Part shown: piece by piece, positions 11,101-19,345 of the stretch
Layout of the letters: every line of letters begins with the position of its first letter
Numbering within the stretch: the first letter of the stretch is position 1
IMG/VR virus record: IMGVR_UViG_3300020045_002403
Coordinates: 1 to 28,223 of that record
Reading direction: 5' to 3' (one strand)
Length of the DNA stretch: 28,223 nucleotides
Source: a virus
Taxonomy: Duplodnaviria > Caudoviricetes
The notes under the pieces: generated by a model
The model's input: the letters and a program-made list of their open reading frames with translations, nothing else
The model's database searches: none
Told to the model about the DNA's origin: nothing
Position numbers and translations under genes: made by a program

Positions 11101-11216
11101 GAAGCCTTTTGCTTGTCAGGTTCGGCAAGGTTTTTAAGTTCTTTTGTGATAGACGGATTCAACCCCTGTGATAAAGGAATGTAAGTATTTTCAATATAAA
11201 GTCTCTCAACTGCCAT
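8187..11216 (-). CDS. Large tail (hub/tip) protein
   Basis: 1009 aa, N-terminal SYSKTVSIP motif and C-terminal beta-helix-like GxxN repeats; located in the tail module. Confidence 0.7.
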   Translation of the reverse strand: MAVERLYIENTYIPLSQGLNPSITKELKNLAEPDKQKASYSKTVSIPRSKEADKIFSHIFEINVLIQGGEFNIQAKADCRYEVDSETIIQGYLKLNQISVNDFQDIVYDCTMYSEVANFFAEIAGNYLTDLYPSAGSYEGLDVYDHPLTKELQAWSWDFEIIKNYPALIPFAYGTGYVYALVDFGYSQNATDFIYTQIAPSIYEKEYMTKIISWAGFTIKAGGFFDTDTWIDHLIIPSSPECYQLTSTDIEGREFAANTPQFTSTGTTTSNNLPKGTFSTPDIIKFTNELFDTGLNYNPATGVFTAIQTGVHDITALIDVNATFTPDSAGSVKCIADIHGFIEMWHTPISTGVAVLIDQLPFYITKYDTTFYIGARSTAVTPTYPPADNDYMSGKAWGKIAQTTPVGRAVNPPDRYQLTATGVPLQASDTITIKWKGGMFAENDGLSVYSSTTTEFFINNVGTKTNGNAVIKVTVGSFYNKVSNLTMTEGNTLQMLDVIPKKIKMIDYFMWNVKRFNLIVDVDPLNPTQLIIETRDNYLGTDVLNIHELIDRSKPIDDFPMELLDAKQYLFTYKKDTDYFNERYTKSWQEIYGQRTCDVTTDFANQVKKTELGFSPTCMVGLPQNDRVLPTIYALNDYNQPVTTKFNIRSLYYAGLKPCANAWNHTNYVSVFGIPLTDSYVTYPYAGHFDDPYAPTLDINFGLVKEVFYDDDLHDIVVTDNNLVNKYHAKQLREMTDPNSRILKCHVHLTPLAYVNFTFDKLYYFDYAYFRLQKIEGYNPTSEETTLCTFFKVNNASAFTPSGHPTTGKPTETNPLQEGGGIGMTETTPAKGVRSSEQPDNNNYSARSIDVKGEFNYISGKAKSVEIYGDSNKVFAEAKNIKIQGDSNLISAGVENVTLINTNGLTITESDVTYIDGKIQGAWVEKITGFLVDDTIYGYYLNGATGAVQARLNNSTSEFFFKCTDATNRVYIDGGTITIDNTATTFDLLENESIRLKYNSQDNTYYIIN

Positions 11217-12499
11217 TATCTACGTTGTCTAAAGTTTGCTTGTGATAATTTCAGTTCCAATTCTAAATTAAATACTTTGTCAATCGTTGAATCCTTTTCA
11301 ATCCAAGAACTTGAATTTACCTTTTCGTATGCTAAATAATTTTCTGCGCCCGTCGGGTCTGTAAACTGAAGATATAATTCAGGTGATTCAATCAATTGTT
11401 TGAGCCAAGTGTTTTGAGCCGTTGATAAATATTCAGAACGAATCGTTAAACTATCCTGCGTCTTTACAAAATTAGTTACCTGTGATTGGTCTTGATAACT
11501 TCGTGAAATACCTGCGCTTACAATCGGGTACTTATCGTATTTATATCCTTTGCGTTCAACCTCACGTTTACCCTGACTTCTTAAATCGAAGTTGAAATAA
11601 TCAAAACCACCAAAACGATTTTCAAAAGCAACCCTTCGTTGTTCATATCGGCATGGTTCTTCAATTGTAAAGTAAAGTATTTCACTTGCTACTGCGCCAG
11701 CTGAATTGGTTAATTGAACGGTGTAACTTGCAACTGAAGATGTAATAACGGGTTGCGCTCCCGTAATCCATGCACCCGTTAAATTGTTTATTTGTTCTGG
11801 TGCTGTTGCCACCTGATACATCCGTGAAGATGTTAACACTTGTGATACTGCATTTGCTTTGGTTGCCGTTTGAATTAACGTTCCTGCCGAATCATAAGTT
11901 TTATAAACCACATAATCAATATCAGTAGGTGTATCGGTTAAAAAAGCGGTAGCACCTAAATTATTTATTGAAACCATGTTGGTTTTCATGTCAGTTAAAA
12001 ACTCAGCATTCGCACCGTTGGCAATGTTGCACAAATAATCATTCGGTGTCCATCCCATTAACTCCTGTTCGGTTAAAGAACCTTGAAACATGTACCTTGT
12101 CGAACCGACTAAAATATCAGGAACAGCCGTATAAACGCCTGCGTTCAAATAAGAGTAACCATACTTTACCGTCACTTTAATAATTGATTGTTGCCCTGTT
12201 GCTCTCGCTCCTAAAATTACAGGCGTTACTGTATCGTAAGGAAACAAAACAGAATTACACGCACTCTCGCAATACCTACCGATGTCAACCGTTCCGTAAT
12301 AAGTTGACCCCGTTGGGTCGGGTGGAACTTGAAACCTTTTATAAGTAGGTGAAGAAACGTTTTCAATGTAAACATCAAAAATATATTGCATACCCGTTAA
12401 TGCCAAAGTCACACCATCTGCAACTACGCAAACCTCCTGACGATTATACACAGGTGAAAAAGAAACTAAATCAGTTTTGATTGTTATTGATGCTGCCAT
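11216..12499 (-). CDS. Tail structural protein
   Basis: 427 aa with F.NRFGGFDYFNF and WLKQLIESPELY motifs; coupled to the large tail gene. Confidence 0.7.
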   Translation of the reverse strand: MAASITIKTDLVSFSPVYNRQEVCVVADGVTLALTGMQYIFDVYIENVSSPTYKRFQVPPDPTGSTYYGTVDIGRYCESACNSVLFPYDTVTPVILGARATGQQSIIKVTVKYGYSYLNAGVYTAVPDILVGSTRYMFQGSLTEQELMGWTPNDYLCNIANGANAEFLTDMKTNMVSINNLGATAFLTDTPTDIDYVVYKTYDSAGTLIQTATKANAVSQVLTSSRMYQVATAPEQINNLTGAWITGAQPVITSSVASYTVQLTNSAGAVASEILYFTIEEPCRYEQRRVAFENRFGGFDYFNFDLRSQGKREVERKGYKYDKYPIVSAGISRSYQDQSQVTNFVKTQDSLTIRSEYLSTAQNTWLKQLIESPELYLQFTDPTGAENYLAYEKVNSSSWIEKDSTIDKVFNLELELKLSQANFRQRR

Positions 12500-13068
12500 T
12501 ATTTTATTATTGCTTTAAATCCCTTTGATAAAACTATTTCAACTTCTTTTGCTCCTGCCTTTTCAAGTTCCTTTACAAGACCTTTAACTAATTCCTGATT
12601 GATTACCTTGTCAAAAAAATGGGTTGCTCTTATCCCTTCTCTAAATATTGATTCACGAATTGCGTACTGATTAAATCCGTAGGTGTTTGCCCATAGACTT
12701 AATCCTGTTCCGAATCTTAACGGTGGTTTTTTATCTCTAAATTTAAAAGGTGACTGTGGCGCTTTGTTTACAAATGCAGTTCCTTTGCTTTTGTTCTGAC
12801 CACCAACACCGCTTACACCCTCATTTATAAATTCCCAATAGTCTGCTGCGGTAAATTGCAAAGTCCAAGTCTGGTCTTGGAATTGAACTGGCAAAGCCTT
12901 AATTGATTGTTGTAAGTGACCTGTGCCACCCTTTCGTGTATTATCTTGAACTGATTTAATTAATGCATCCTGAACTTTATTGCCCCACTTTTGCAGAACT
13001 TCAGCCATTGAATCTTGACCGCCTCCGAAATCTAATTCCGAATCGTTTTGTGCAAATAAACTAGCCAC
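12499..13068 (-). CDS. Putative neck/tail-completion protein (HK97 gp10-like)
   Basis: Motifs TGHLQQSI, YWEFINEGV, IFREGIRATHFF. Confidence 0.55.
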   Translation of the reverse strand: MASLFAQNDSELDFGGGQDSMAEVLQKWGNKVQDALIKSVQDNTRKGGTGHLQQSIKALPVQFQDQTWTLQFTAADYWEFINEGVSGVGGQNKSKGTAFVNKAPQSPFKFRDKKPPLRFGTGLSLWANTYGFNQYAIRESIFREGIRATHFFDKVINQELVKGLVKELEKAGAKEVEIVLSKGFKAIIK

Positions 13069-13336
13069 GTCTTTTCATTGATTCAAGTTTCATTATTCTT
13101 TGTTCTTCTTCCCTCTTATCACAATAGTAAGTAAGCACGTTTAAAAATTCAATCACATTCATTCGTAAAAAAAAATCCCACCGTTCGGGTCTGCCGTCAC
13201 TGAGTGAATCCAAAGTAACTATCCATCCATATCTTTCAAACATTCGATTTCCTCTCTTAACGTCTTGTTCACTTGATTCATCTTGTCGATTGAATAATCT
13301 AGGATAGCGTCCGTTAAGTTGTTTGAGAGAGTCCAA
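13061..13336 (-). CDS. Trans-frame (T) portion of the tail assembly chaperone GT
   Basis: -1 frame ORF beginning inside the T9 slippery run; no ATG at its 5' end. Confidence 0.7.
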   Translation of the reverse strand: MDSLKQLNGRYPRLFNRQDESSEQDVKRGNRMFERYGWIVTLDSLSDGRPERWDFFLRMNVIEFLNVLTYYCDKREEEQRIMKLESMKRRG

Positions 13337-13818
13337 AAAAAAACCGCAATCGGATTGGCAATTTTTAAAGGCAGTTGTTTAAAGTCTGCAATTCTCTTTT
13401 CAACATCCTCTGGTTTGATAGTCATTTTCTTACCGTACCATTTTCGGGGTTGTGCAATATTGAAAAGAATCTTATGTAAGTTTTCAAGACTTGAATCTTT
13501 GGCGGTGTTCATGATAGTCATGTATTCGTCTGCCGATAATTTATTCGGGTTCATTCTAAAAGTATAGAGTTGACCGTTAAGCCGAAATTGATTTATGATT
13601 TTACCTTCAGGTAACGGAGTGTTCATTAAGGCATCAACCTTGATTAGTTCTTCCATTGACCAATTCATAACGTCTTCAGGTTCTTCATCAGTTAAGTAAC
13701 AGGCTCTTTTGATTCTCAAATCAATAGCCGCTAATTCATTTGCAGGAACTTCGTTTCTAGTTTTCTCAACTAAAACAAACTGTTCGACTGTGACGTTATC
13801 CCAAGATTTCGGTATCAT
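13219..13818 (-). CDS. Putative tail assembly chaperone (gpG-like)
   Basis: 199 aa (MIPKSWDNVTVEQF...), containing GCG GTT TTT TTT TGG with an overlapping -1 ORF. Confidence 0.7.
   Translation of the reverse strand: MIPKSWDNVTVEQFVLVEKTRNEVPANELAAIDLRIKRACYLTDEEPEDVMNWSMEELIKVDALMNTPLPEGKIINQFRLNGQLYTFRMNPNKLSADEYMTIMNTAKDSSLENLHKILFNIAQPRKWYGKKMTIKPEDVEKRIADFKQLPLKIANPIAVFFWTLSNNLTDAILDYSIDKMNQVNKTLREEIECLKDMDG
13333..13347 (-). other. Programmed -1 ribosomal frameshift slippery site (T TTT TTT)
   Basis: Nine T on the minus strand (a-run 13335-13343). The 0 frame reads A-V-F-F-W; the -1 frame continues L-D-S-L-K-Q for 91 codons. Confidence 0.7.
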
Positions 13819-13827
13819 ATACCTTTA

Positions 13828-13852
13828 AAACGGAATAGCAAGAAATTTGTAA
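13828..13852 (-). promoter_or_regulatory. Candidate late promoter TTACAA-N14-CGTTT (upstream of tail operon)
   Basis: Minus strand TTACAA ATTTCTTGCTATTC CGTTT TAAAGGTAT ATG. Confidence 0.7.
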
Positions 13853-13859
13853 CCGTAAT

Positions 13860-15080
13860 TTATACTACTGAAATATTGTAACTTCCTGAAGTTTTAAATT
13901 CTTTTAGGGCGTTGTTGGCAATCGCTCGGCTCATAACATAATCATCATGTAGTCCTGTTGGTGCGGAGTATTTAATTTGTCTTGACTTTAGATTATATTC
14001 ATAAGTGAACGTTTCCAATTCGCTTATCTGAAATTCATTACCAAGTATGCCAATTGATTTTTCTTCAAAGCACACAATCAAATCCTCAATTATAGATTGT
14101 TTGTTTTTAGATGTTGTGATAAACGGTTGAATATTTCCTTTGCCGTAGTTAACCTTAGATTGAATCATTTCAAATATAGCATCCTGCGCTCCGTTGCTCT
14201 CTACAAATCCCTTCGGTTTGTATTCGTTCAATTTATTTACGCATTGATTTACTATTGCAGACCAATCCATGTGCCTCCAACGTTCGCAATAAACTTCTTC
14301 ATTCTTATCATTAACAATTGTCAAGACGGTATAATCGTTTGCCCGTCCTAAATCTATACCGAAATAAAGTTTCGATGTTTGGTTAATGGGTTTTATTGAT
14401 TCTTTGATGTTCCTGAATACGCTACCACCGTCATCCAAAAATTCAGCAAGGTATTCCTGACGAAAAATATGGTCGGGTAATGTTGCGCGCGCGTCATCAA
14501 TTTCCTTTGGGTCAATAAATGGATTATCGTAACTTGACATCTTGAATGATTTGTATCTGTCGTTCGTATGGCATAGTTGCGAAAGTTCAAAGAATAAGTT
14601 CTTACCCTTTGGTGTTGAAATCAAAAGAACCTTTTTACCATGTACCAAAACAGTTGCGCGTAAAACTTCAGTCCACGCCTCGCGCGCTATAAAAGCAAAC
14701 TCATCTATGATTAAGAAGTCGAAAGTGTTACCCCGAATGTTATCGTAACTCTCCGCTGAAAAGAATTGAATTGTTGAGCCTGTCACATATTCGATTATCA
14801 AATCACCTTTGTTTACGCTTCGATAAATGTGAGGCTTCTTTTCAAACGCCTTTACCGTTTCTTTAAATACTTTTTTTGATTGTGCATAGATTGGAGAAAC
14901 CCAACCGATTTTCGCGCGTTTGTTTTTGAGTGCCCAAAATAACATTTGATTAACAGCTAGTAAAGTTTTGCCCCACTGCCGCCCAATGTTGATTACATAG
15001 TACTTATAATCTTCATTGTTTATCGAATCATGGATTGTCCGTTGATTCTTGTGTGGTGTGTAAAGCGTCGCTGTTGCCAA
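13860..15080 (-). CDS. terL: Terminase large subunit
   Basis: Walker A GRQWGKT, Walker B FLIIDEFAF, motif III ISTPKGKN, nuclease GIDLG..ND and HDDYVMS. Confidence 0.95.
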   Translation of the reverse strand: MATATLYTPHKNQRTIHDSINNEDYKYYVINIGRQWGKTLLAVNQMLFWALKNKRAKIGWVSPIYAQSKKVFKETVKAFEKKPHIYRSVNKGDLIIEYVTGSTIQFFSAESYDNIRGNTFDFLIIDEFAFIAREAWTEVLRATVLVHGKKVLLISTPKGKNLFFELSQLCHTNDRYKSFKMSSYDNPFIDPKEIDDARATLPDHIFRQEYLAEFLDDGGSVFRNIKESIKPINQTSKLYFGIDLGRANDYTVLTIVNDKNEEVYCERWRHMDWSAIVNQCVNKLNEYKPKGFVESNGAQDAIFEMIQSKVNYGKGNIQPFITTSKNKQSIIEDLIVCFEEKSIGILGNEFQISELETFTYEYNLKSRQIKYSAPTGLHDDYVMSRAIANNALKEFKTSGSYNISVV

Positions 15081-15438
15081 AATCTACTTTGAATTTCATG
15101 TTACCTTGAATCTTATGGTCTTGCAATTCGATATATCCACGCTTACGCGCCTTGCATTTTAAAAAGAACATCGTTGATAAAGGGTTGCCTTTCTTTATTT
15201 GTTGGTGTAATGCGCTCTCAGCAAAATCTAAAGCGGCGTTTTCAATCTCTTTTACCGACCTCTTATAATCCTTATCGGTTCTCATCCAAAGATAATGAGT
15301 AGTGCGTTCAATTCCTACTGCATTTGCCGCTACCGTAATCACACCTAAAGATTGTTCCAATGCTTTTAACATTGCCTCCTTTTTTATTAGTGTTGATTTG
15401 AGTTGATTATCTACTTCGACCTCTTTTTTCTTTGCCAT
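15028..15438 (-). CDS. terS: Terminase small subunit (putative)
   Basis: HTH-like ITVAANAVGIERTTHYLW and FFLKCKARKRGY; overlaps the terL start. Confidence 0.75.
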   Translation of the reverse strand: MAKKKEVEVDNQLKSTLIKKEAMLKALEQSLGVITVAANAVGIERTTHYLWMRTDKDYKRSVKEIENAALDFAESALHQQIKKGNPLSTMFFLKCKARKRGYIELQDHKIQGNMKFKVDFGNSDALHTTQESTDNP

Positions 15439-15451
15439 GATTATCAGTATC

Positions 15452-15565
15452 TTAGTCTCGGTTGCTCAGTACAAAAACAAAATAGATTACCGCTGTGATT
15501 ATCATACAAGGTATTTCAACCGTATAGAACGCAGGAGAGGTGTATTTTAGAATCTTGTCCATCAT
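15452..15565 (-). CDS. Small membrane protein (37 aa, below ORF-track cutoff)
   Basis: MMDKILKYTSPAFYTVEIPCMIITAVIYFVFVLSNRD; ATGA-coupled and fills the gap. Confidence 0.5.
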   Translation of the reverse strand: MMDKILKYTSPAFYTVEIPCMIITAVIYFVFVLSNRD

Positions 15566-15852
15566 ACTAAATGATATTTGCCGTACATTTTTACCGCCTT
15601 TCTAATCCGTAGGTCTTTAATCTTTACCGCATCTATGAATTGCTGCGCTTCTATTTTTGAAAACGGTGTGCTTTGTTCGAGGGTTGGGTTATATCCAAAC
15701 TCTTTGCCGTTTATTACAATGAAGTAAGGGCGTGGTGCAGTCCAGCGTTTGAACTTTAGCCTTAGCCAATTCTTAAACCAACGTCTGTATGTTAGTTTAA
15801 ACTTCATATCACGCTGTATAACGTACTTATGTATTGATTTAACCTTTGCCAT
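15562..15852 (-). CDS. Hypothetical basic protein
   Basis: 96-aa ORF overlapping its neighbours. Confidence 0.6.
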   Translation of the reverse strand: MAKVKSIHKYVIQRDMKFKLTYRRWFKNWLRLKFKRWTAPRPYFIVINGKEFGYNPTLEQSTPFSKIEAQQFIDAVKIKDLRIRKAVKMYGKYHLV

Positions 15853-16318
15853 TCAATAGTTTAATCAGTTGTTCTTTGGTTGTCTTGTTTGAATATACAA
15901 TCGAAACCTTTTTAGCAATAGACCTGAGTTGGTGCATTTTCATTTGTGAAAAATCAATCACAGGAACATTGACAGTTGATGGTTTAATTGTTGGTTTAAC
16001 AACCTCTGTGACCTTTGCTTTTGGAACATCGGGAACGCCTTTAAAGTAAACCGTTGCTTCAGCGTTTAATCTTGTTTGCCAAGTCTTAATGTTGTTTATC
16101 ATTCGACTAAAGCAATCATTACAAGCCAAATCAGTTGGTGGTATGTTTGAAGATGTACGGACGTTAGGATAGATAACCGCTTTCACTTCGGGTAGGTTCT
16201 TGAACTTATCCCAAATGTTTGCAATCGCTTGTTGCTTTGTTCGGTCTGTCATCCCCATTCCTTTTAAGTAACGGTCAATGTCTGCCTGGTAAGGTTCAAT
16301 TTCTTTTAGTAGGTTCAT
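15839..16318 (-). CDS. Hypothetical protein with CxxC and C-terminal Rho-N/HeH-like domain
   Basis: CNDC motif; C-terminus MKMHQLRSIAKKVSI...TTKEQLIKLL. Confidence 0.6.
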   Translation of the reverse strand: MNLLKEIEPYQADIDRYLKGMGMTDRTKQQAIANIWDKFKNLPEVKAVIYPNVRTSSNIPPTDLACNDCFSRMINNIKTWQTRLNAEATVYFKGVPDVPKAKVTEVVKPTIKPSTVNVPVIDFSQMKMHQLRSIAKKVSIVYSNKTTKEQLIKLLNGKG

Positions 16319-16425
16319 AGGATAAGTAAATAAATTGATGCTGCGATTAACGCAACTAATAACACCGCTGTTACAATTGATTGAACGGGGTGCATTGGTG
16401 GTTTGTCATCTGGTGAAGTTGTCAT
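16315..16425 (-). CDS. Small membrane protein (36 aa, below ORF-track cutoff)
   Basis: MTTSPDDKPPMHPVQSIVTAVLLVALIAASIYLLIL; ATGA-coupled on both sides. Confidence 0.55.
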   Translation of the reverse strand: MTTSPDDKPPMHPVQSIVTAVLLVALIAASIYLLIL

Positions 16426-16688
16426 AACTGTTTATAGATTAACTTGTAAAACAAAGGTAAAGATAAATAAAATATTTGATAGTCGAATATAAAAAATAAT
16501 ATTAATCCAATCCAAAAACTTAAACACGTTCCGCAGTTGATTGGTTTACGGTCTATCCATTCAGTGAACTTATTACGATAAGAGTATTGGTCTAACTTAT
16601 TTCGTTTAAGAAACAATACGGGAGTTATCTTATCAGTCCAAAGATAGACTGCAGTTATTGAGGCAAGTAAATATCCAAGTGTTTCCAT
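16422..16688 (-). CDS. Membrane protein with CxxC (DUF1360-like)
   Basis: KPINCGTCLSFWIG between hydrophobic segments. Confidence 0.6.
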   Translation of the reverse strand: METLGYLLASITAVYLWTDKITPVLFLKRNKLDQYSYRNKFTEWIDRKPINCGTCLSFWIGLILFFIFDYQIFYLSLPLFYKLIYKQL

Positions 16689-17191
16689 CGTTCTAAAATT
16701 TCTTTAATCCTGTCATCTATTTTTTTTCTGCTGATATTGTTTTTGCGGTGCATTTCTAGTACGTTCATTCCGCTATCAATGTAATCCCTTATCCAAATTC
16801 TTTCAACAAATGTTAGTTCGTTCATCATACCCTCAAAGGTCTTTATTTTTTCTGTTGGGTCTGGGGTTTCTTCTGCCTCAAAATAAAAAAGAGCGTCTTG
16901 AAAGTCTGTTACATTGCTAAAATTATCGTCACCTGTCTCAATATGAATAAAATTATTTACATTTTTTGATGCTAATTTTGGTTGTAAACATGAAGACTTG
17001 CGCCTTTTTTTATCCGTGTATAAATTTCTTGCAACAATAAACACCCATCCTTTAACCTTATCCTTTGGCAGTGCCTTGACTTTCGTTTCGTTGTCGTAGC
17101 ACTTTAGCACAACCTCTTGTATTAATTCATTCTGTTCGTCGATGTTATTAGTCACTACCTTTGCGACCTCTTTAATATCGGGTAATATCAA
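16655..17191 (-). CDS. ECF-like RNA polymerase sigma factor
   Basis: Region-2-like NELIQEVVLKC...KGWVFIVARNLYTDKKRRK and region-4-like LTFVERIWI...NISRKKIDDRIKEI; TTG start. Confidence 0.7.
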   Translation of the reverse strand: MILPDIKEVAKVVTNNIDEQNELIQEVVLKCYDNETKVKALPKDKVKGWVFIVARNLYTDKKRRKSSCLQPKLASKNVNNFIHIETGDDNFSNVTDFQDALFYFEAEETPDPTEKIKTFEGMMNELTFVERIWIRDYIDSGMNVLEMHRKNNISRKKIDDRIKEILERWKHLDIYLPQ

Positions 17192-17196
17192 AATGA

Positions 17197-17829
17197 TTAA
17201 TTCGTTCGTAAAGCAACTATTTGTTTTGCTAAGTTAACTTGATTTATTTGATTTCCTTTCATTTCTGACTTCATAATTGAACTTTCAACGTGTTGCGCTC
17301 TTATCCAATTGCTTTCGTGTGACGCACAAATAAGTTGTTTACCTTGCTTCTTTGCCTCTAAACTAAAAACTAAGTCACTCATGCGCTTATATTCGCTTTT
17401 GTATATCTCAGTTGGATTAAAGTAATCCGTTCTAAATGCCGCTACTCCCGTCCCAACCACGTCAACAATCTTATCTGTCTTTAGTTCTGCCCTATAATCA
17501 AATACCGTGTGAGTGTTACCGTAGTACTTTGTTATTGGTTCAATTAATATACGACCATGATAGGTTATGATAGCGTTGTACTTTTCAATCAGTCGAATAG
17601 TATTCTGAATATAATCGGAGGGATAGATGATGTCGGAATCGCAACAAAAGTAATACACGGGCTTCCGTAAGAACTGCAACTGATAGAACTTTGCATTGTC
17701 TGCATAGTCAGGGTTGGTTGAGTTATTGTATATATGAAGTTCATCTACTTGTTTAATTAAAGATTTAACCGTGTGTTTTAAAGTCTCGGCTCTGTCGTTT
17801 GTGGTTGCTATGCCTACAATAATTTTTAT
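17197..17829 (-). CDS. GT-A fold (GT2-like) glycosyltransferase, probable ATA start
   Basis: Frame is open 50 codons upstream of the listed TTG (IKIIVGIATTNDRAETLKHTVKSLIKQVDELHIY...). DxD motif CDSDIIYP; GTG..AF. Confidence 0.75.
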   Translation of the reverse strand: MKIIVGIATTNDRAETLKHTVKSLIKQVDELHIYNNSTNPDYADNAKFYQLQFLRKPVYYFCCDSDIIYPSDYIQNTIRLIEKYNAIITYHGRILIEPITKYYGNTHTVFDYRAELKTDKIVDVVGTGVAAFRTDYFNPTEIYKSEYKRMSDLVFSLEAKKQGKQLICASHESNWIRAQHVESSIMKSEMKGNQINQVNLAKQIVALRTN

Positions 17830-18455
17830 CTGTAACGTTTTTTAATTGCGTCAATCTTTATTTTTCTTGCCACTTGGTCAACGTCCTTACCTAAACTTTT
17901 TTGGTCAACGTGCCGCCTGTAAATGTAAAGGAATTTATCAACGTAACCAAGTGTGTAACCGTTTTTTAATAGCCATAAGTTAACATCATATTCCTCTGCA
18001 CAACTCAATGACTCATCGAATGGTTTTAAAGATAATAGTTCACGCTTATAAAATAAAGTACCGCCATGAATAACATTATTATCTAACATCATTTCAAGTG
18101 ACGGGTTGCGGTGCGTTGGTAATTGCTTTTGAATGTTTGAACCTATTTTATTATAAGCGTTGCCATGTAAAAAATCACAACCTAATAACTCCATTGCATC
18201 TACCGAATCCTTTATTGAATTAGGCGTTAACATATCATCTTCACTTAAATACTTAATATAGTCTCCCGTTGCTAAATTGATAAGGAAATTAAGATTCTCG
18301 GAGGCACTCATGTTCGCATGATTAGGACAAAGCAAATCGGAACGGAGTAACTCTATTTCAAAATCACCGGCTTGTTGATTGTAAACAGAATCTATTGCAT
18401 CCTTTAACCAACCTCTGTCTTTGTGAAAATATACGACAACACTTACCTTAATCAT
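17826..18455 (-). CDS. GT2-family glycosyltransferase
   Basis: VSVVV, AIDSVYNQ, ATGDYIKYLSEDD, FDESLSCAEEYD, YRRH. Confidence 0.9.
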   Translation of the reverse strand: MIKVSVVVYFHKDRGWLKDAIDSVYNQQAGDFEIELLRSDLLCPNHANMSASENLNFLINLATGDYIKYLSEDDMLTPNSIKDSVDAMELLGCDFLHGNAYNKIGSNIQKQLPTHRNPSLEMMLDNNVIHGGTLFYKRELLSLKPFDESLSCAEEYDVNLWLLKNGYTLGYVDKFLYIYRRHVDQKSLGKDVDQVARKIKIDAIKKRYR

Positions 18456-19345
18456 TCAATCAGTTTTAGTATCCGTTTACCCGTGTTCACAAAGCTATGA
18501 TTTTCTTTCATCAATTCATAATTTTGAATCTGAATCTGTTTAATAAATTCAACATCCAACTTTAAAAACTGCCGAATGTAGTTTGAAAAGTTGTCTTCAG
18601 TGTTGATAATTGTCATCGGACACGTACCATAAGCATCAGTATAAACTTTAGGATAAAGATTGTTAGTGATTACCACTTTGCCCATAGCACAGGCTTCTAA
18701 TCCCGTAACTCCAAAACACCCGTAAGGATTACCATTCAATTCGGGTTTAAATAGTTCTATGTAAACGTCACACTTTGCCATTCGTTCCAACTGAAAGTAA
18801 TGGTCAACCTTTTTGTTTGAATACAATAACTTAAAATCATCTTTGAACGGTTGCAACATCTCTAAAATCTTTGCCGTTCCTTTTACGTCCTCATTCGATG
18901 GGTAGTGCCCTATCTTAATAGGCTTGTCTTTTATCGTTGGTGCTAATTCAAATTCAACAGGTGAAACTATGTAAGTAAGGTTCTTGTTGAACGCAAAGAA
19001 CTCACTCTGGTCACTTATGCAAACCGTATCTTTAAAAAGAATGTCTAAAGCCTCATGACCTTCACGGTAACGTGTGCCCGTATGTGTAACTATCACTTGA
19101 CCTTTACAGTTGTTCTTTGCTAATTCAAATAAGTGAGGGTGTGAATGATGAACTACTACTACATCTGATTGTGTCATGGCGTGTGTCATTTGCCAAACAC
19201 TTGCCTTTTGCCCTTGACTAGCATAATTAAAATCGTGTAACGTGTTCACCAAGTCAACCGAATCAACACCAACAGAACGTAATGCGTTTGAGAATTGATG
19301 CGCAAAATTTGCGTAATCTATTTGAGATATGTTAAGCACTCTCAT
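18452..19345 (-). CDS. GT-B fold (GT4-like) glycosyltransferase
   Basis: Likely start MRVLNIS (TAATG overlap at 19343-19347). Motifs HYPSN..KGT..I, CDVYI, FGVTGLEACAMGKVVI. Confidence 0.8.
   Translation of the reverse strand: MRVLNISQIDYANFAHQFSNALRSVGVDSVDLVNTLHDFNYASQGQKASVWQMTHAMTQSDVVVVHHSHPHLFELAKNNCKGQVIVTHTGTRYREGHEALDILFKDTVCISDQSEFFAFNKNLTYIVSPVEFELAPTIKDKPIKIGHYPSNEDVKGTAKILEMLQPFKDDFKLLYSNKKVDHYFQLERMAKCDVYIELFKPELNGNPYGCFGVTGLEACAMGKVVITNNLYPKVYTDAYGTCPMTIINTEDNFSNYIRQFLKLDVEFIKQIQIQNYELMKENHSFVNTGKRILKLIE

Noticed and set aside
13167-13175. Second T9 run inside the trans-frame chaperone ORF as another frameshift site
   Set aside because: A -1 shift here reaches a TGA within about six codons; no product is supported.
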